DNA of 61,839 bases from positions 1 through 61,839 of the IMG/VR virus record IMGVR_UViG_3300021185_002489; one strand, written 5' to 3'. Made by a program: the position numbers and the translations under genes. The notes beneath the pieces were generated by a model. That model saw only the letters and a list, made by a program, of their open reading frames with translations. It had not been told where the DNA came from and ran no database searches. Of the stretch, positions 19,819-30,282 are shown piece by piece; within the stretch, counting starts at the first letter, position 1, and each line of letters opens with the position of its first letter. The DNA is from a virus. Its lineage: Duplodnaviria > Caudoviricetes.

Positions 19819-20996
19819 TGGGAGATATAGTAAAAGGTGTAGCATCACTTTTTGGAGGTAGAAAAAGAAGGCAGGAGCAAAAGGCTGCTACTGCGGGTTT
19901 AAATGCAGCAACAGGAAGGCAAGATGCTTTTGATTTACAAAACGTATACGCAGGAATGAATGCTCCAGATATTTCAATGTCTGGGTATGACCCTTCTCAA
20001 GCTCAAGTTGGACAATTAGGTCCAGCACAACAAGCACAGTTAGCGCAATTAGGGCCTTCGCAGGGGTATGAAGCTCAAGGATACACAGCGCAAGGATATG
20101 ATCCAAGAACAACATCAATAGGTGGCTTGGCTAGGGGTGCGGATACAGGTTTAACCAACACTATGGCTAACTTGCAGGTATCAACCGCTGGTGCAGAAAT
20201 GCAGGCAAGAGAAGCTGATCAATCTTTAGCGGCTTCGCAGGATTTAGCTGCACAAGCTGGTACGGGTGCGGGTGGAGCAACGGCATTAGCTGCCGCAGCT
20301 GCAAAATCAAAAGCTGGAGTATCAGCTTCTATAGACGAACAAGTTAAAAGAAATGAAATGCTTAGAGCTCAAGGGGAAAGCGAATTACAAAGATCCCAGT
20401 TAGCTCAAGGCAATTTAGCGTCTAAATTTGATTTAGGTCAAAGCCAATTCAATGTTGGTGCACAAAACCAAGCAGCTCAGTTTGGAGCACAGGCTCAAAA
20501 TCAAGCGGCGCAATTTGGCGCTCAAGCGCAGAACCAAGCAGCAAGATTTGGTGCTCAAGCTGAGAATCAATTTTCATTAGCTCAATTTGGCGCAGCAAAT
20601 CAAATGAATCAGTTTAATGCTGGTCAGCAAAATCGTTTTGCTCAAGCACAATTTGGTGCAGAAAATCAATTTGCTTTAGCTAATCAACAAGCTCAAAACA
20701 ATGCCGCTAGATTCGGGGCTACGGCTGCTAATCAAGCACAAATGGCTGCTGCTGACTATCAGTTTAAAACCGATACTATGGCTAGACAAGGTGAAGCTGC
20801 TGTACAACAATTTGAATTTGATAGATTACAGGATCAAACAAGTAGAGCAATGGCAAAAAGTAATGCGGCAGACGCAGCAAGAGCTCAAGCTAAATCAGAC
20901 CTTATTGGTGGTATAGCTGGAGTAGCTGACGCTGCTGTAAGTGCGTTCACGGGGGGAGTGGGCGTATCAAATTTATTAGGTAAAGCAGACGATTAA
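19818..20996 (+). CDS. Internal virion/ejection (pilot) protein
   Basis: A/Q/G-rich, 11-aa repeats, hydrophobic termini. Confidence 0.6.
   Translation: MGDIVKGVASLFGGRKRRQEQKAATAGLNAATGRQDAFDLQNVYAGMNAPDISMSGYDPSQAQVGQLGPAQQAQLAQLGPSQGYEAQGYTAQGYDPRTTSIGGLARGADTGLTNTMANLQVSTAGAEMQAREADQSLAASQDLAAQAGTGAGGATALAAAAAKSKAGVSASIDEQVKRNEMLRAQGESELQRSQLAQGNLASKFDLGQSQFNVGAQNQAAQFGAQAQNQAAQFGAQAQNQAARFGAQAENQFSLAQFGAANQMNQFNAGQQNRFAQAQFGAENQFALANQQAQNNAARFGATAANQAQMAAADYQFKTDTMARQGEAAVQQFEFDRLQDQTSRAMAKSNAADAARAQAKSDLIGGIAGVADAAVSAFTGGVGVSNLLGKADD
20446..20745 (+). repeat. 33-bp coding tandem repeats (QFGAQAQNQAA), about 9 imperfect units
   Basis: Visible in the translation. Confidence 0.8.
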
Positions 20997-20997
20997 T

Positions 20998-22569
20998 ATG
21001 GCAAACTATAATTACGACTTTTGGTCAAAAGAATTTGAATACAAACCTGGGGGTGCTAAAAGCCAACAGATGATAGGGCAAGCTATAGATTCGTCTATAG
21101 AAGAACGCCGATTAATGGCTGATAGAGCTGAAGCTAAAAAAGATAGGCAACTTAAAAGAAATATTTTAAATTATAACTATGCGCAAAAGATGGCGCAAGA
21201 TATGGATGATTTAAATATTATGCCTACTGCAGGTGTGCAGGGAATGGATCAAATAATGACAGCCGCAGGAAGATCTATTGCTGACCAAGCTGCTTATTTA
21301 AATAAAGAACTTAAAAGAACCGGGGATATGACATCATATTCTGCGGCTATGGCTAAGTTAAAAGGAGAAGTTAGTAGTATTAAAAACATGGACAAAGAAG
21401 CTAAAGCTTTTTTAGGCGGAGTTAATACAGCTATAGAAAACGGTACATTTTCAGATTATAACTCACCTGAGTTACTAGGAATGGCTGAGGATATGCGAAG
21501 AGGATCGCCTAAGGGTAGATTTGAAAATATCGATGGCGTTACTACTTGGGTTTCTGAAACTGTTGATGGTAAACCATATCAAGTTGCTGCAAGTCAATTC
21601 AGCGAGCTATCTAAAAAACTTCAAGTTAAAGATGATGTAGACACTTTATTAAAGTCATCTATAAGTTTAAATCAAGGGCGTGATGGTAACATATTAGGCT
21701 TTAATCAAAGCCCATCAGGTATTGGTGGGCAAGGTTTAAGTGCAGCTGATTTAGCAGCGGACAGTTTAACTGACCTTATAAATACTGCTGGGCCTGGAAA
21801 TAAAGAAAGAAAAAGTGCAGCTTTATTAGTTGATCATTTTGGTGTACCATCAAGAAAAGCTAAAGAACTTATGGCTCAGGTTATTGATGAAGATCAATTA
21901 ACACCTCAAGAAAAAGCAGACGGTATTGTAACAGAAGGTGATAGGTTGTTGCAAAACAAATGGCTACAAAAAGCAGAGTCTATGTACGGTATCAACCAAA
22001 AAGCTGTTAGCACAGAGCGTAGAGCAAGGCAAGATCAGTATGAGCAACACAAAGAAAAAATTGATAACAGAAGAGACGTTAATAATACAATAGAAAATTT
22101 ACCTTCAGCTACTGTTAACAATAATAATGAAAACGATCCGCTTTCAAAAAAATATCAGTTTAGAAATGAAATTCAAGATAATCCTGGGAAGTTCTGGAAT
22201 GATATAGAAACAAGCTTTATAGAAAAAGGGTTTAACAATCCTAAGCGCCTTTATTCTGAAGCTAAAACAATATACGATCCTAAAGATCCAAACGCTAATG
22301 AAGATGGAACTGTAACTATTCCATCTAGGTTTATAGGATATCAAATTGTTAATGAAAAATTGCCTGCAAACAGAAGAACGCCTGTTACAGTTTATGCAGA
22401 AGATTTTAACAATTTAGATGATGTATACAAAAAAATATATGCAGCTACGGGAATGGAGTCTTTTGGAAGAAAACCAATTTCTGCAAAGACTAAAACAGGA
22501 ACTAATGACCCTATAACTGAAATGCAAGGTATAGGACAAAGCAATCTTAGATCACAATTTGGATACTAA
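20998..22569 (+). CDS. Internal virion/ejection protein
   Basis: Lies between the pilot protein and the giant protein. Confidence 0.5.
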   Translation: MANYNYDFWSKEFEYKPGGAKSQQMIGQAIDSSIEERRLMADRAEAKKDRQLKRNILNYNYAQKMAQDMDDLNIMPTAGVQGMDQIMTAAGRSIADQAAYLNKELKRTGDMTSYSAAMAKLKGEVSSIKNMDKEAKAFLGGVNTAIENGTFSDYNSPELLGMAEDMRRGSPKGRFENIDGVTTWVSETVDGKPYQVAASQFSELSKKLQVKDDVDTLLKSSISLNQGRDGNILGFNQSPSGIGGQGLSAADLAADSLTDLINTAGPGNKERKSAALLVDHFGVPSRKAKELMAQVIDEDQLTPQEKADGIVTEGDRLLQNKWLQKAESMYGINQKAVSTERRARQDQYEQHKEKIDNRRDVNNTIENLPSATVNNNNENDPLSKKYQFRNEIQDNPGKFWNDIETSFIEKGFNNPKRLYSEAKTIYDPKDPNANEDGTVTIPSRFIGYQIVNEKLPANRRTPVTVYAEDFNNLDDVYKKIYAATGMESFGRKPISAKTKTGTNDPITEMQGIGQSNLRSQFGY

Positions 22570-22580
22570 TAATTTTATAT

Positions 22581-25500
22581 ATGCTAACAGAAGAACAAAA
22601 ATTAGAATTAGATAACTTAGTTGCTTCAATGCAAACTAAAGGAGCTTCTAATGAGGAAATCCAAGCTGCTGTAGATGCTAGAAAATCACAAATGCTTTCA
22701 TCTTCAGATATGGAAAAGCCACAACCTGTTGCGGAGACAACTGCACCTGCAGCAGGTCAAACACCCGGTACGGAATTGCAGTTGGAAAGTGGTTCTTCGG
22801 AATTACAAAGTGAAGAGGAAGAAGACGAACCTAATGTATTACAATCATTAATAGCTAGAACAGGAAGAGGTGTTGTAACCGCAGCTAAAGGCTTGTCTTC
22901 TTTTAAAGATGGATTAATATTTGGTGCTATGAATCTATATGATCCTGATAAAAGTACCGAAGAAAAAAAAGCTCTTTATGATGCTATTGAAAGAGGCAGT
23001 GCTACTGACATGCTTCCCTCTACTGATGACTTTGAAACAGCTGAAGATTGGTTAAGTAAATACGTTAGAAGAACAGATAACGAAAGTATAACTGATGCAA
23101 TAACAAATGGTAATTATGCTGAAGCGGCTGAAATGACAGTAGGCGGAGCTTTAGAATCTGTGCCTTCTGTATTAGCTGCATTAACAGGCTACGGTGGTAT
23201 TGCTTTATTTGGAGCCAGCGTTGCTGGAAATAAATTTGACGAAGAACTTGAAAAAAATCCAGAAGAAGCGATAGGAACTTTAGCTTTAAACGCTTTAGGT
23301 TCAGGTGCAACTGAAGCTGGTTTTGAATTAGTTACTCGCGGTATATTAAGCAAAGCTGGATTTATAAACAAAGAAATGGGAGCTAAAGCTGCTAAAGAGT
23401 TTTTAAATCAAAGTGCCGGAAGCATGGCAAAAAAGCTTGGTTTAGGTTATTTAGGGGAAGCTGGATCAGAGGCCGCTACAGAGCTTACGCAAACTATTAA
23501 CGATGCTTATGGTTTTTTAGGGACAGGGATAGGTGAGTTAGAAGGTAGAGCTGACGAAACTTTAGCTAAAACTGTTGGAAACAATATAAAAAATATTGTT
23601 GACGCTGGTATTGTTGGTGGTTTTATGGGAGGTACTATATCTACTGTAGGTGCTTTAGGCAACAATACACCAGCAAGAAATAGAGCTGAACAAATATTAA
23701 CTCCTGAAGTACAAAAACAGCAGATGGAAACTTCTGCTAAAAATATATCTGAGTATGTTAAAGACTTAGAAAAAACAGAAGATGAATACGAAAGATCTTT
23801 GCTTGAAAAAAAAATAGTAGAAGAGGAAAATAATATTGTTAAAACGAAGAAAAAAGTTTCATTAGGGCTTTCTTCTTTAAAAGGCGATAATCTTTCTAAA
23901 TATGCTAAAAATCAAGATGAAATAACAAAAGCAAAAGCTTCTATTGAATCTGATACAGATGCTGAGAAAGCAAAATCTTTAGCTAGACAAAGATATGATG
24001 AGCTTGTAAATGAAAACAATGAGATTCTTGAAAGCTCAATAAAACAAAAATTTGAAGATATTACTGAATCTGCAGAAAAGCAGGCTGGAGATTTAGGTGT
24101 AGAATTTAAAAGATTTAAGACTTCAAAAGAGGTTGAAGATTATATACTTTCTAAAGACAAAAGAAAAACAAAAAAATCTAAAGTATTAGCAGAGTCTAAT
24201 GACGGTTTTATTATTCAAAACTTTGATGGTACTCAAGAAATTATAATAAATGAAGAGGTTGCTATGGATCCTGAAAATCAGGCTGTAAATGTAGCTTCAC
24301 ACGAATTATTACATGGAGTATTATATAATACCTTAAAAGGAAATCCAGATACTGCCGAAAATTTAGGAATTGAATTAGGTAAGGAGATAGCTAAAATTAA
24401 CGTTGAAGAAGTAGCTGATTCTAATTTTAGAAAAAGGCTTGAGCTTTATGCGGATGAATCAATAGCTGTACAGGGCGAAGAAGTTCTTGCTTTATTTTCT
24501 GATGCTGTTGCTACGGGTGATATAAAATATAATGAAAATATTTTTACTAAGTTAGGAGATGGTGTTAGGCGTGTATTAGAAACCGTAGGTCTTAAAAAGA
24601 AATTTAACACAGGAAGAGATGTATATAATTTTATAAAAGATTATAATGCGGACATTGCTAAAGGTGGCTTAAGGCAGTCTATAATACAAGGAGCTAAAGA
24701 GGGATTTGAAGGTAAATTAGTTAAAGATGCAGAAAAACAAGCTAAATCTGTAATTAAAGAATCTCGCTCAAATTTAAAAGGCTTATTAGATAAGTATGGA
24801 GATAAAAAAACTTTAATACAACAAAGTTTACTTAAAACACCGCAAGGTCAAGAAACATTTGATTTTGTAAAATCTGAATTTGGACAAGAAGTTGCGCCCA
24901 TAGTTGAGTCTGTAACTAAAAGACTATATGACCCAATACCTCAAGATGCTAAGCAGGGTGTTAGTAGAGAAGATTATAAAAACGCTATGATTTCTGATTT
25001 GGCTACTATTGTAGACCGGGAATATGATCCTGCTAAACAAGATTTAGACAAATTTGTAGGAATTAGAGCTTTTCAAAGATCTAATAGGTTAGCTAAGCAG
25101 CTAGGTATTGAATCAGTTGCTGAACGAGGTGGAGCTGGTATTACAACAGACGTTACAGAAGCTAAAGCTATTACAGCTGAAGAAAAAGCCCCAGATGAAG
25201 TTTCAACTAAAAAACCAATTGCAGAAGCTTTAAAACTGCCTAAAGAAATTTCAGAAAAAACAAATAGATTAGCTGAATTAGCTGCTATAAAAGCTGATAA
25301 ATCTTTAGAAGGAAAAGAAACATCTGATGTTAAAAAACTTTCTGCTAGAAATAAAGCTTTTAATGATATTTTTAGTAAGCAATTATTTAATGATATTAAA
25401 ACTGAGCTAGGTAAAAACACTAAAAACTCTAATGATTTTTCTAAATATTTAGATAAAAACTACGAGGGTTTATTAGATGCTGCTTTAGATAATATAGACT

Positions 25501-28500
25501 TTCAAAAAGGGGGTGGTGTATCTGCAGATTGGAATACAAATCCTCCAACAAAACAAGAGTTTGTAGATTATTATGAAGCTACTAATGAAAAAGCTTCAAC
25601 AAGAGCTGATCGCAAAAAGTCTTTAAATAATGCTATAGCTAGACAATTAGCAAATGAGGCTAGAATTGAATTTGCCAAAAAAGATCCTGCAACTGCTCAA
25701 TTATTTAAAAAGAAGCATGGAGTTGTTTTAGCTAGTAAATCTTTAATTCCTTCAAATGAAAAATTACAAACATTATCTGGAATTCCAAATTTTAATGAAT
25801 TAGGCGGTATGCCTGCAAGAAATGTTTGGAAAGGTTTAAATGCTGAAACAAATATAGGATTTAATTTAAGTACAGAAAGCGGGAGAAAAAGAGCAATTTC
25901 TTCTATGAAAAAAGCTTTAATTAAAGGGCAAGTGCCTATTGATGCTTTTTTAACAGCAGAAATAATAATAAATAGTAGTCCTAGATTTTTTGTAGAACAG
26001 GAAAAAGCGTATACAAATGCTAAAGCTAAACTTGGAAAAAATAATAAACAAACAATAGCGGCAGATAAAGAGCGCATGCGTGTTAAAAATGAATTTGTAA
26101 AAAACATGAACACTATGCTTTCTGAAGTTAAAGATAGTGGAAAAGCTGTTTATTTAACAGGCCCAGCTAAAGGATGGACTAAAAATAAATATTCATTTAA
26201 TACTTTAGGAAAAAACTTAACACAAATTGCTGAATCTTTTAAAAATGGAAAAGTTGCTAAAAACAATTTAGCTAACCTATCTATGTTTGAGCAAACTATG
26301 CGCCCTCTTTATAACTTAATTTCTGATGCTAAAACTACTTCAGAAAAAACAGAAATGGTTAATTTAATTATGATGTTAACCAACACTAGCAATGGAGGCT
26401 CTAATTTATGGTTTAGACAAGGAGCAGAAGTTGTTGGATTTTCTAAATTTTTATTACCAGGAAAAGAGGGTAAAAGAGGTATTGAGTGGGAACATGCAAT
26501 GCAGGCTAATAATGCTCGTTTATTTTTACTTAATTCTGCTTTAAACAATGTGCCATGGACCACCGTTTATCCTGCTGTAAAAAGAAATTATAAAGTAATA
26601 GCATTAGATAAATCTTTAGATGATATTTTAAAATCAGCTAAAAGAGGCAATGCAATGGGAGAAGGCTGGAACGTTTATAAAAGTCATTGGACAGAAAGGT
26701 ATTTTCATCCAGATGTAGTTGTTTTTGGGGGCATTGACCCCTTTAGTATAATTGATATTAGCGGGCAAACAATGTCTGAAAAATATAATATAGATGCGGC
26801 TGGCCAATCATTAACTGAAATTAAATCATCAAAAACTTTAAATAAAGAGTTTAACGATATTATTGAAAGAGTTAAAGGTGTTGCTTCTGATGCTACATAT
26901 TCTGAAGCTAGAGCTATAAAACTTGGAAAGAAAAATAATCCTTTTAAGTTTTTTGTTCCTTATTCAGCTGAGGATTATATGGGATTGGTATATCCTACGC
27001 TTGGCAAAGGTGCTGAAGGTGATAAAAATCTTAAATGGTATAAAGATAACATTACTGATGTTTATGCAAGAGGGATTCGTGATTTTGAAATAGCTAAGCA
27101 GCAGTCTATGACACAATGGACTGAACTTAAAAAACAAATTAAAAATTCTCCTGCTAAATTAGATAAAGAAGCTGTAAGAGATTTTACTAATGAAGAAGCT
27201 ATAAGATTATACTTATGGGATCAGCAAGGTATGCTGCCTGATAATGTTGCTAAAAAAGATATTGAAGCAATAAATAAATATATTGATAGTAAGCCTGAGT
27301 TAAAAAGTTTTGCAGAACAAATACAAGGATTGACTTCAGACGGCTACCCTGCACCTACAGGTGATTGGTTAGCTGGCACAATAACTACTGATTTAGTTAA
27401 TTATACTAATACAGCTAGTAGAGAGCAGTACTTGAAGCAATGGCAAGATAACGTAGATGTTGTGTATAGCAAAGAGAATATGAATAAACTCCGCGCTATT
27501 TATGGTGAAGACTATACCGAAGCGTTAAGTGATATGCTTTATAGAATGAAGACTGGTCGCAATAGACCATCTGGTGCTAATAAGCTTACTAATCAGTTTA
27601 TGAACTGGGTTAATGATTCTGTAGGTACGATAATGTTCTTTAATACAAGATCAGCATTGTTGCAAACAATATCAGCTGTAAACTATTTAAACTTTACAGA
27701 TAACAATCCGTTAAGAGTTGCTGCTGCATTTGCAAATCAAAAACAATACTGGTCTGATTTTTCTGAAATATTTAATTCTGATTTCTTAAAACAAAGAAGA
27801 GGTGGGTTAAAAACTGATGTTAACGCAGATGAAATAGCACGAGCTGCTTCGACATCTGATAATAAAGTTAGAGCTGCGTTAGCCGCTATATTAAAGAAAG
27901 GATTTTTACCAACTCAACTTGCGGATAGTTTTGCAATATCAGTTGGGGGCGCTGCTTTTTACAGAAACAGAATTAATTCTTTAATGAAAGATGGTCTTAC
28001 TGAAGAGCAAGCTAAAGAGCAGGCGTTTTTAGATTTTAAAGAAACAACTGAAGAGTCTCAGCAATCATCAAGACCAGATAGAGTCTCCATGCAGCAAGCG
28101 AGCCCATTAGGACGCGTTGTATTAGCCTTTGCTAACACACCTATGCAATATACTCGTTTAACTAAAAAAGCTGCCTTAGATCTCTTTAATGGACGTGGCG
28201 ACTGGAAGACTAATCTTTCTAAACTTGCTTATTACGGAGCTGTGCAGAATATTATATTTACTGCTTTACAGTCTGCAATGTTTGCAATGTTATTTTCTGA
28301 CGAAGAAGACGACAAAGAAAAAGAAAAGATTGGTAGAATTGGTAACGGTATTGCTGATACTTTACTAAGAGGTTCTGGTGTATATGGAGCTGGCGTAGCA
28401 ATGATTAAAAACATTGTTATGGAAGCTATTAAACAATATAATAGCGGAAGACCTGATTACACAAAAGCTGCAGCTAAGATAACAAGTATATCACCTCCTG

Positions 28501-29258
28501 TAGATTCTAAAATAAGAAAGCTACAGTCTGTGGGTAGAACGTTTACTTATAAGCAAGAGATTGAAAAAATGAGAACAAAAGGTTTTGATATTGACAATCC
28601 AGCTTATATGGCTGTAGGGCAAACTGTTTCTGCATTAGCCAACATACCTTTAGATAGAGCAGTACGTAAAATGAACAACTTAAAAACTGCAGTTGATCAG
28701 GATACTGAATTGTGGCAATCTATTGGTTTAGCTTTAGGATATAGTGAATGGGATTTAGGGATGATACAAGCTCAACAAAAAAAGGATAAAGAGCAAAAGA
28801 AAGCTGATAAAGTTAAAAAAGCTTACATGAAAAAGTTTAGTCCTAAGCTTGATGCTAAAACAAAAAGAATTATATCTTTTAGTAAAATGTCTAAAGACGA
28901 AAAAAAAGAATATATTCAAAAAAGAGCAAAAGCAGGACAGCCTTTATTTAAAAAAGATTTTTCAAATAGTTTACCAAAAGGAGTATTAGGTAGAGCTAAT
29001 AAAGATGGCACTATTGAAGTTGCTAATGGACTATCACCTACAAAAAAGAAACAGGTTATAGCTCATGAAAAAAAGCATCAAGAAGACATGAAGTCTGGTA
29101 AATTAAACTATGATAAGAATTTTATTTATTGGAATAATGAAAAATATAAAAGAACTTCTAATAAAAAAATAAATTACAAAGGAAAATTATATATTGAAGG
29201 CTCGCCGGCTTTGCCTTGGGAAAAAGCTGCAAATAACGCTGAAAAACAAATTAATTAA
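22581..29258 (+). CDS. Giant multidomain internal virion (ejection) protein with two zincin motifs and a sigma70-like segment
   Basis: 2225 aa; A/G-rich hydrophobic N-terminal part; HELLH at aa 574; HEKKH at aa 2162; sigma region-2-like segment at about aa 770-841. Confidence 0.65.
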   Translation: MLTEEQKLELDNLVASMQTKGASNEEIQAAVDARKSQMLSSSDMEKPQPVAETTAPAAGQTPGTELQLESGSSELQSEEEEDEPNVLQSLIARTGRGVVTAAKGLSSFKDGLIFGAMNLYDPDKSTEEKKALYDAIERGSATDMLPSTDDFETAEDWLSKYVRRTDNESITDAITNGNYAEAAEMTVGGALESVPSVLAALTGYGGIALFGASVAGNKFDEELEKNPEEAIGTLALNALGSGATEAGFELVTRGILSKAGFINKEMGAKAAKEFLNQSAGSMAKKLGLGYLGEAGSEAATELTQTINDAYGFLGTGIGELEGRADETLAKTVGNNIKNIVDAGIVGGFMGGTISTVGALGNNTPARNRAEQILTPEVQKQQMETSAKNISEYVKDLEKTEDEYERSLLEKKIVEEENNIVKTKKKVSLGLSSLKGDNLSKYAKNQDEITKAKASIESDTDAEKAKSLARQRYDELVNENNEILESSIKQKFEDITESAEKQAGDLGVEFKRFKTSKEVEDYILSKDKRKTKKSKVLAESNDGFIIQNFDGTQEIIINEEVAMDPENQAVNVASHELLHGVLYNTLKGNPDTAENLGIELGKEIAKINVEEVADSNFRKRLELYADESIAVQGEEVLALFSDAVATGDIKYNENIFTKLGDGVRRVLETVGLKKKFNTGRDVYNFIKDYNADIAKGGLRQSIIQGAKEGFEGKLVKDAEKQAKSVIKESRSNLKGLLDKYGDKKTLIQQSLLKTPQGQETFDFVKSEFGQEVAPIVESVTKRLYDPIPQDAKQGVSREDYKNAMISDLATIVDREYDPAKQDLDKFVGIRAFQRSNRLAKQLGIESVAERGGAGITTDVTEAKAITAEEKAPDEVSTKKPIAEALKLPKEISEKTNRLAELAAIKADKSLEGKETSDVKKLSARNKAFNDIFSKQLFNDIKTELGKNTKNSNDFSKYLDKNYEGLLDAALDNIDFQKGGGVSADWNTNPPTKQEFVDYYEATNEKASTRADRKKSLNNAIARQLANEARIEFAKKDPATAQLFKKKHGVVLASKSLIPSNEKLQTLSGIPNFNELGGMPARNVWKGLNAETNIGFNLSTESGRKRAISSMKKALIKGQVPIDAFLTAEIIINSSPRFFVEQEKAYTNAKAKLGKNNKQTIAADKERMRVKNEFVKNMNTMLSEVKDSGKAVYLTGPAKGWTKNKYSFNTLGKNLTQIAESFKNGKVAKNNLANLSMFEQTMRPLYNLISDAKTTSEKTEMVNLIMMLTNTSNGGSNLWFRQGAEVVGFSKFLLPGKEGKRGIEWEHAMQANNARLFLLNSALNNVPWTTVYPAVKRNYKVIALDKSLDDILKSAKRGNAMGEGWNVYKSHWTERYFHPDVVVFGGIDPFSIIDISGQTMSEKYNIDAAGQSLTEIKSSKTLNKEFNDIIERVKGVASDATYSEARAIKLGKKNNPFKFFVPYSAEDYMGLVYPTLGKGAEGDKNLKWYKDNITDVYARGIRDFEIAKQQSMTQWTELKKQIKNSPAKLDKEAVRDFTNEEAIRLYLWDQQGMLPDNVAKKDIEAINKYIDSKPELKSFAEQIQGLTSDGYPAPTGDWLAGTITTDLVNYTNTASREQYLKQWQDNVDVVYSKENMNKLRAIYGEDYTEALSDMLYRMKTGRNRPSGANKLTNQFMNWVNDSVGTIMFFNTRSALLQTISAVNYLNFTDNNPLRVAAAFANQKQYWSDFSEIFNSDFLKQRRGGLKTDVNADEIARAASTSDNKVRAALAAILKKGFLPTQLADSFAISVGGAAFYRNRINSLMKDGLTEEQAKEQAFLDFKETTEESQQSSRPDRVSMQQASPLGRVVLAFANTPMQYTRLTKKAALDLFNGRGDWKTNLSKLAYYGAVQNIIFTALQSAMFAMLFSDEEDDKEKEKIGRIGNGIADTLLRGSGVYGAGVAMIKNIVMEAIKQYNSGRPDYTKAAAKITSISPPVDSKIRKLQSVGRTFTYKQEIEKMRTKGFDIDNPAYMAVGQTVSALANIPLDRAVRKMNNLKTAVDQDTELWQSIGLALGYSEWDLGMIQAQQKKDKEQKKADKVKKAYMKKFSPKLDAKTKRIISFSKMSKDEKKEYIQKRAKAGQPLFKKDFSNSLPKGVLGRANKDGTIEVANGLSPTKKKQVIAHEKKHQEDMKSGKLNYDKNFIYWNNEKYKRTSNKKINYKGKLYIEGSPALPWEKAANNAEKQIN

Positions 29259-29260
29259 TT

Positions 29261-30175
29261 ATGCCAACAGAAACTTCTACACAAAGAAGTGCACGTATTA
29301 ATGCTGCACAAAAAGCTAAAAAACAAAGACTAAAAGCTAGAAATAGCCTTGGTAATATTTTTGAAGGTACATTTACTACAACGGCTCAAGCTAAAAAAAA
29401 TAAAAAGTTTGATAATTTGCAAAAAACAATAAATAATGTTGTTGCAAGTAAAAATCCCAAAGCTGGACCTAAAACTAAGGAAGAAACATTTGATTTTAGA
29501 AATCAAGCAGCAGAAGCTTTGTCTAATACAAAACCAAATGCAAAGCCAAAAAGTAAACAATCAACAAAAAAAGATTTTGGTAAAAGTTTAAAACAATTTG
29601 ACACATCAGATATTAAATCTGATAAAGAAAAGTTATCTACTTCAAAAGCAACTGCGGCTACTTTAAAAGATTTAGGTTTAAAAAGTACAGCTAAAAAAGA
29701 GTCTAAGAAACAGCTTAGTAATAAAGAAAGAAGGCAGCAAAATAGAGCTGCTAATCTTGCTTTAAGAACGGGTAAAACTTTAGATGAAGCTTCTGCTTTA
29801 AAAGAAAAAAGAAGAACGGCTAGAAAACAGTATCTTAGAAACTTTGCTAGCCAATTAGCTAGAGGTGAACAAGCCGCGCCTATTAGAGGATTTGGAGAAG
29901 GAGAAGATGGGAAACCAGGTACGGGATCATCTTTAGTTGATAACAGTGGAGCTAAAGAAGAAGTTACTGCAAAAACAGAGCAGGCGAATCAAGATACAAA
30001 ATCTATACAAAAAAGTATAGATACATTTGGCACACCTAACTCAGGCTTTGGCTTAGGTGTAACACCTATGGGAGGTGTTGGTCAAAATTTTGGTATAGAT
30101 CTTAATTTTAACACGCCAGACCTAACATCTAGTAAATATATGCAGCAAGAATATCTGCGAAAAAAGCTGGGATAA
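29261..30175 (+). CDS. Lys-rich hypothetical protein
   Basis: Last ORF of the late operon; highly basic. Confidence 0.6.
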   Translation: MPTETSTQRSARINAAQKAKKQRLKARNSLGNIFEGTFTTTAQAKKNKKFDNLQKTINNVVASKNPKAGPKTKEETFDFRNQAAEALSNTKPNAKPKSKQSTKKDFGKSLKQFDTSDIKSDKEKLSTSKATAATLKDLGLKSTAKKESKKQLSNKERRQQNRAANLALRTGKTLDEASALKEKRRTARKQYLRNFASQLARGEQAAPIRGFGEGEDGKPGTGSSLVDNSGAKEEVTAKTEQANQDTKSIQKSIDTFGTPNSGFGLGVTPMGGVGQNFGIDLNFNTPDLTSSKYMQQEYLRKKLG

Positions 30176-30238
30176 AAAAAAGAAATAAGTTGCTTGTTAA
30201 GTATTAAAAGTTAACTTAATAAGCAGTATATTGCTTAA

Positions 30239-30280
30239 ATAAAAAAAAGGGGTAACCATTTACGGCTACCCCCTTTTTTT
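30239..30280. terminator. Bidirectional intrinsic terminator between convergent operons
   Basis: A-tract, GGGGTAACC-ATTTAC-GGCTACCCC stem-loop, T-tract. Confidence 0.85.
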
Positions 30281-30282
30281 AT

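Noticed and set aside
22581-29258. Giant protein as a crAss/phi14:2-type or N4-type virion RNA polymerase
   Set aside because: No DxDxD catalytic motif is visible. The only look-alike (GFDID, near the C-terminus) lacks the first Asp and sits in a helical region.
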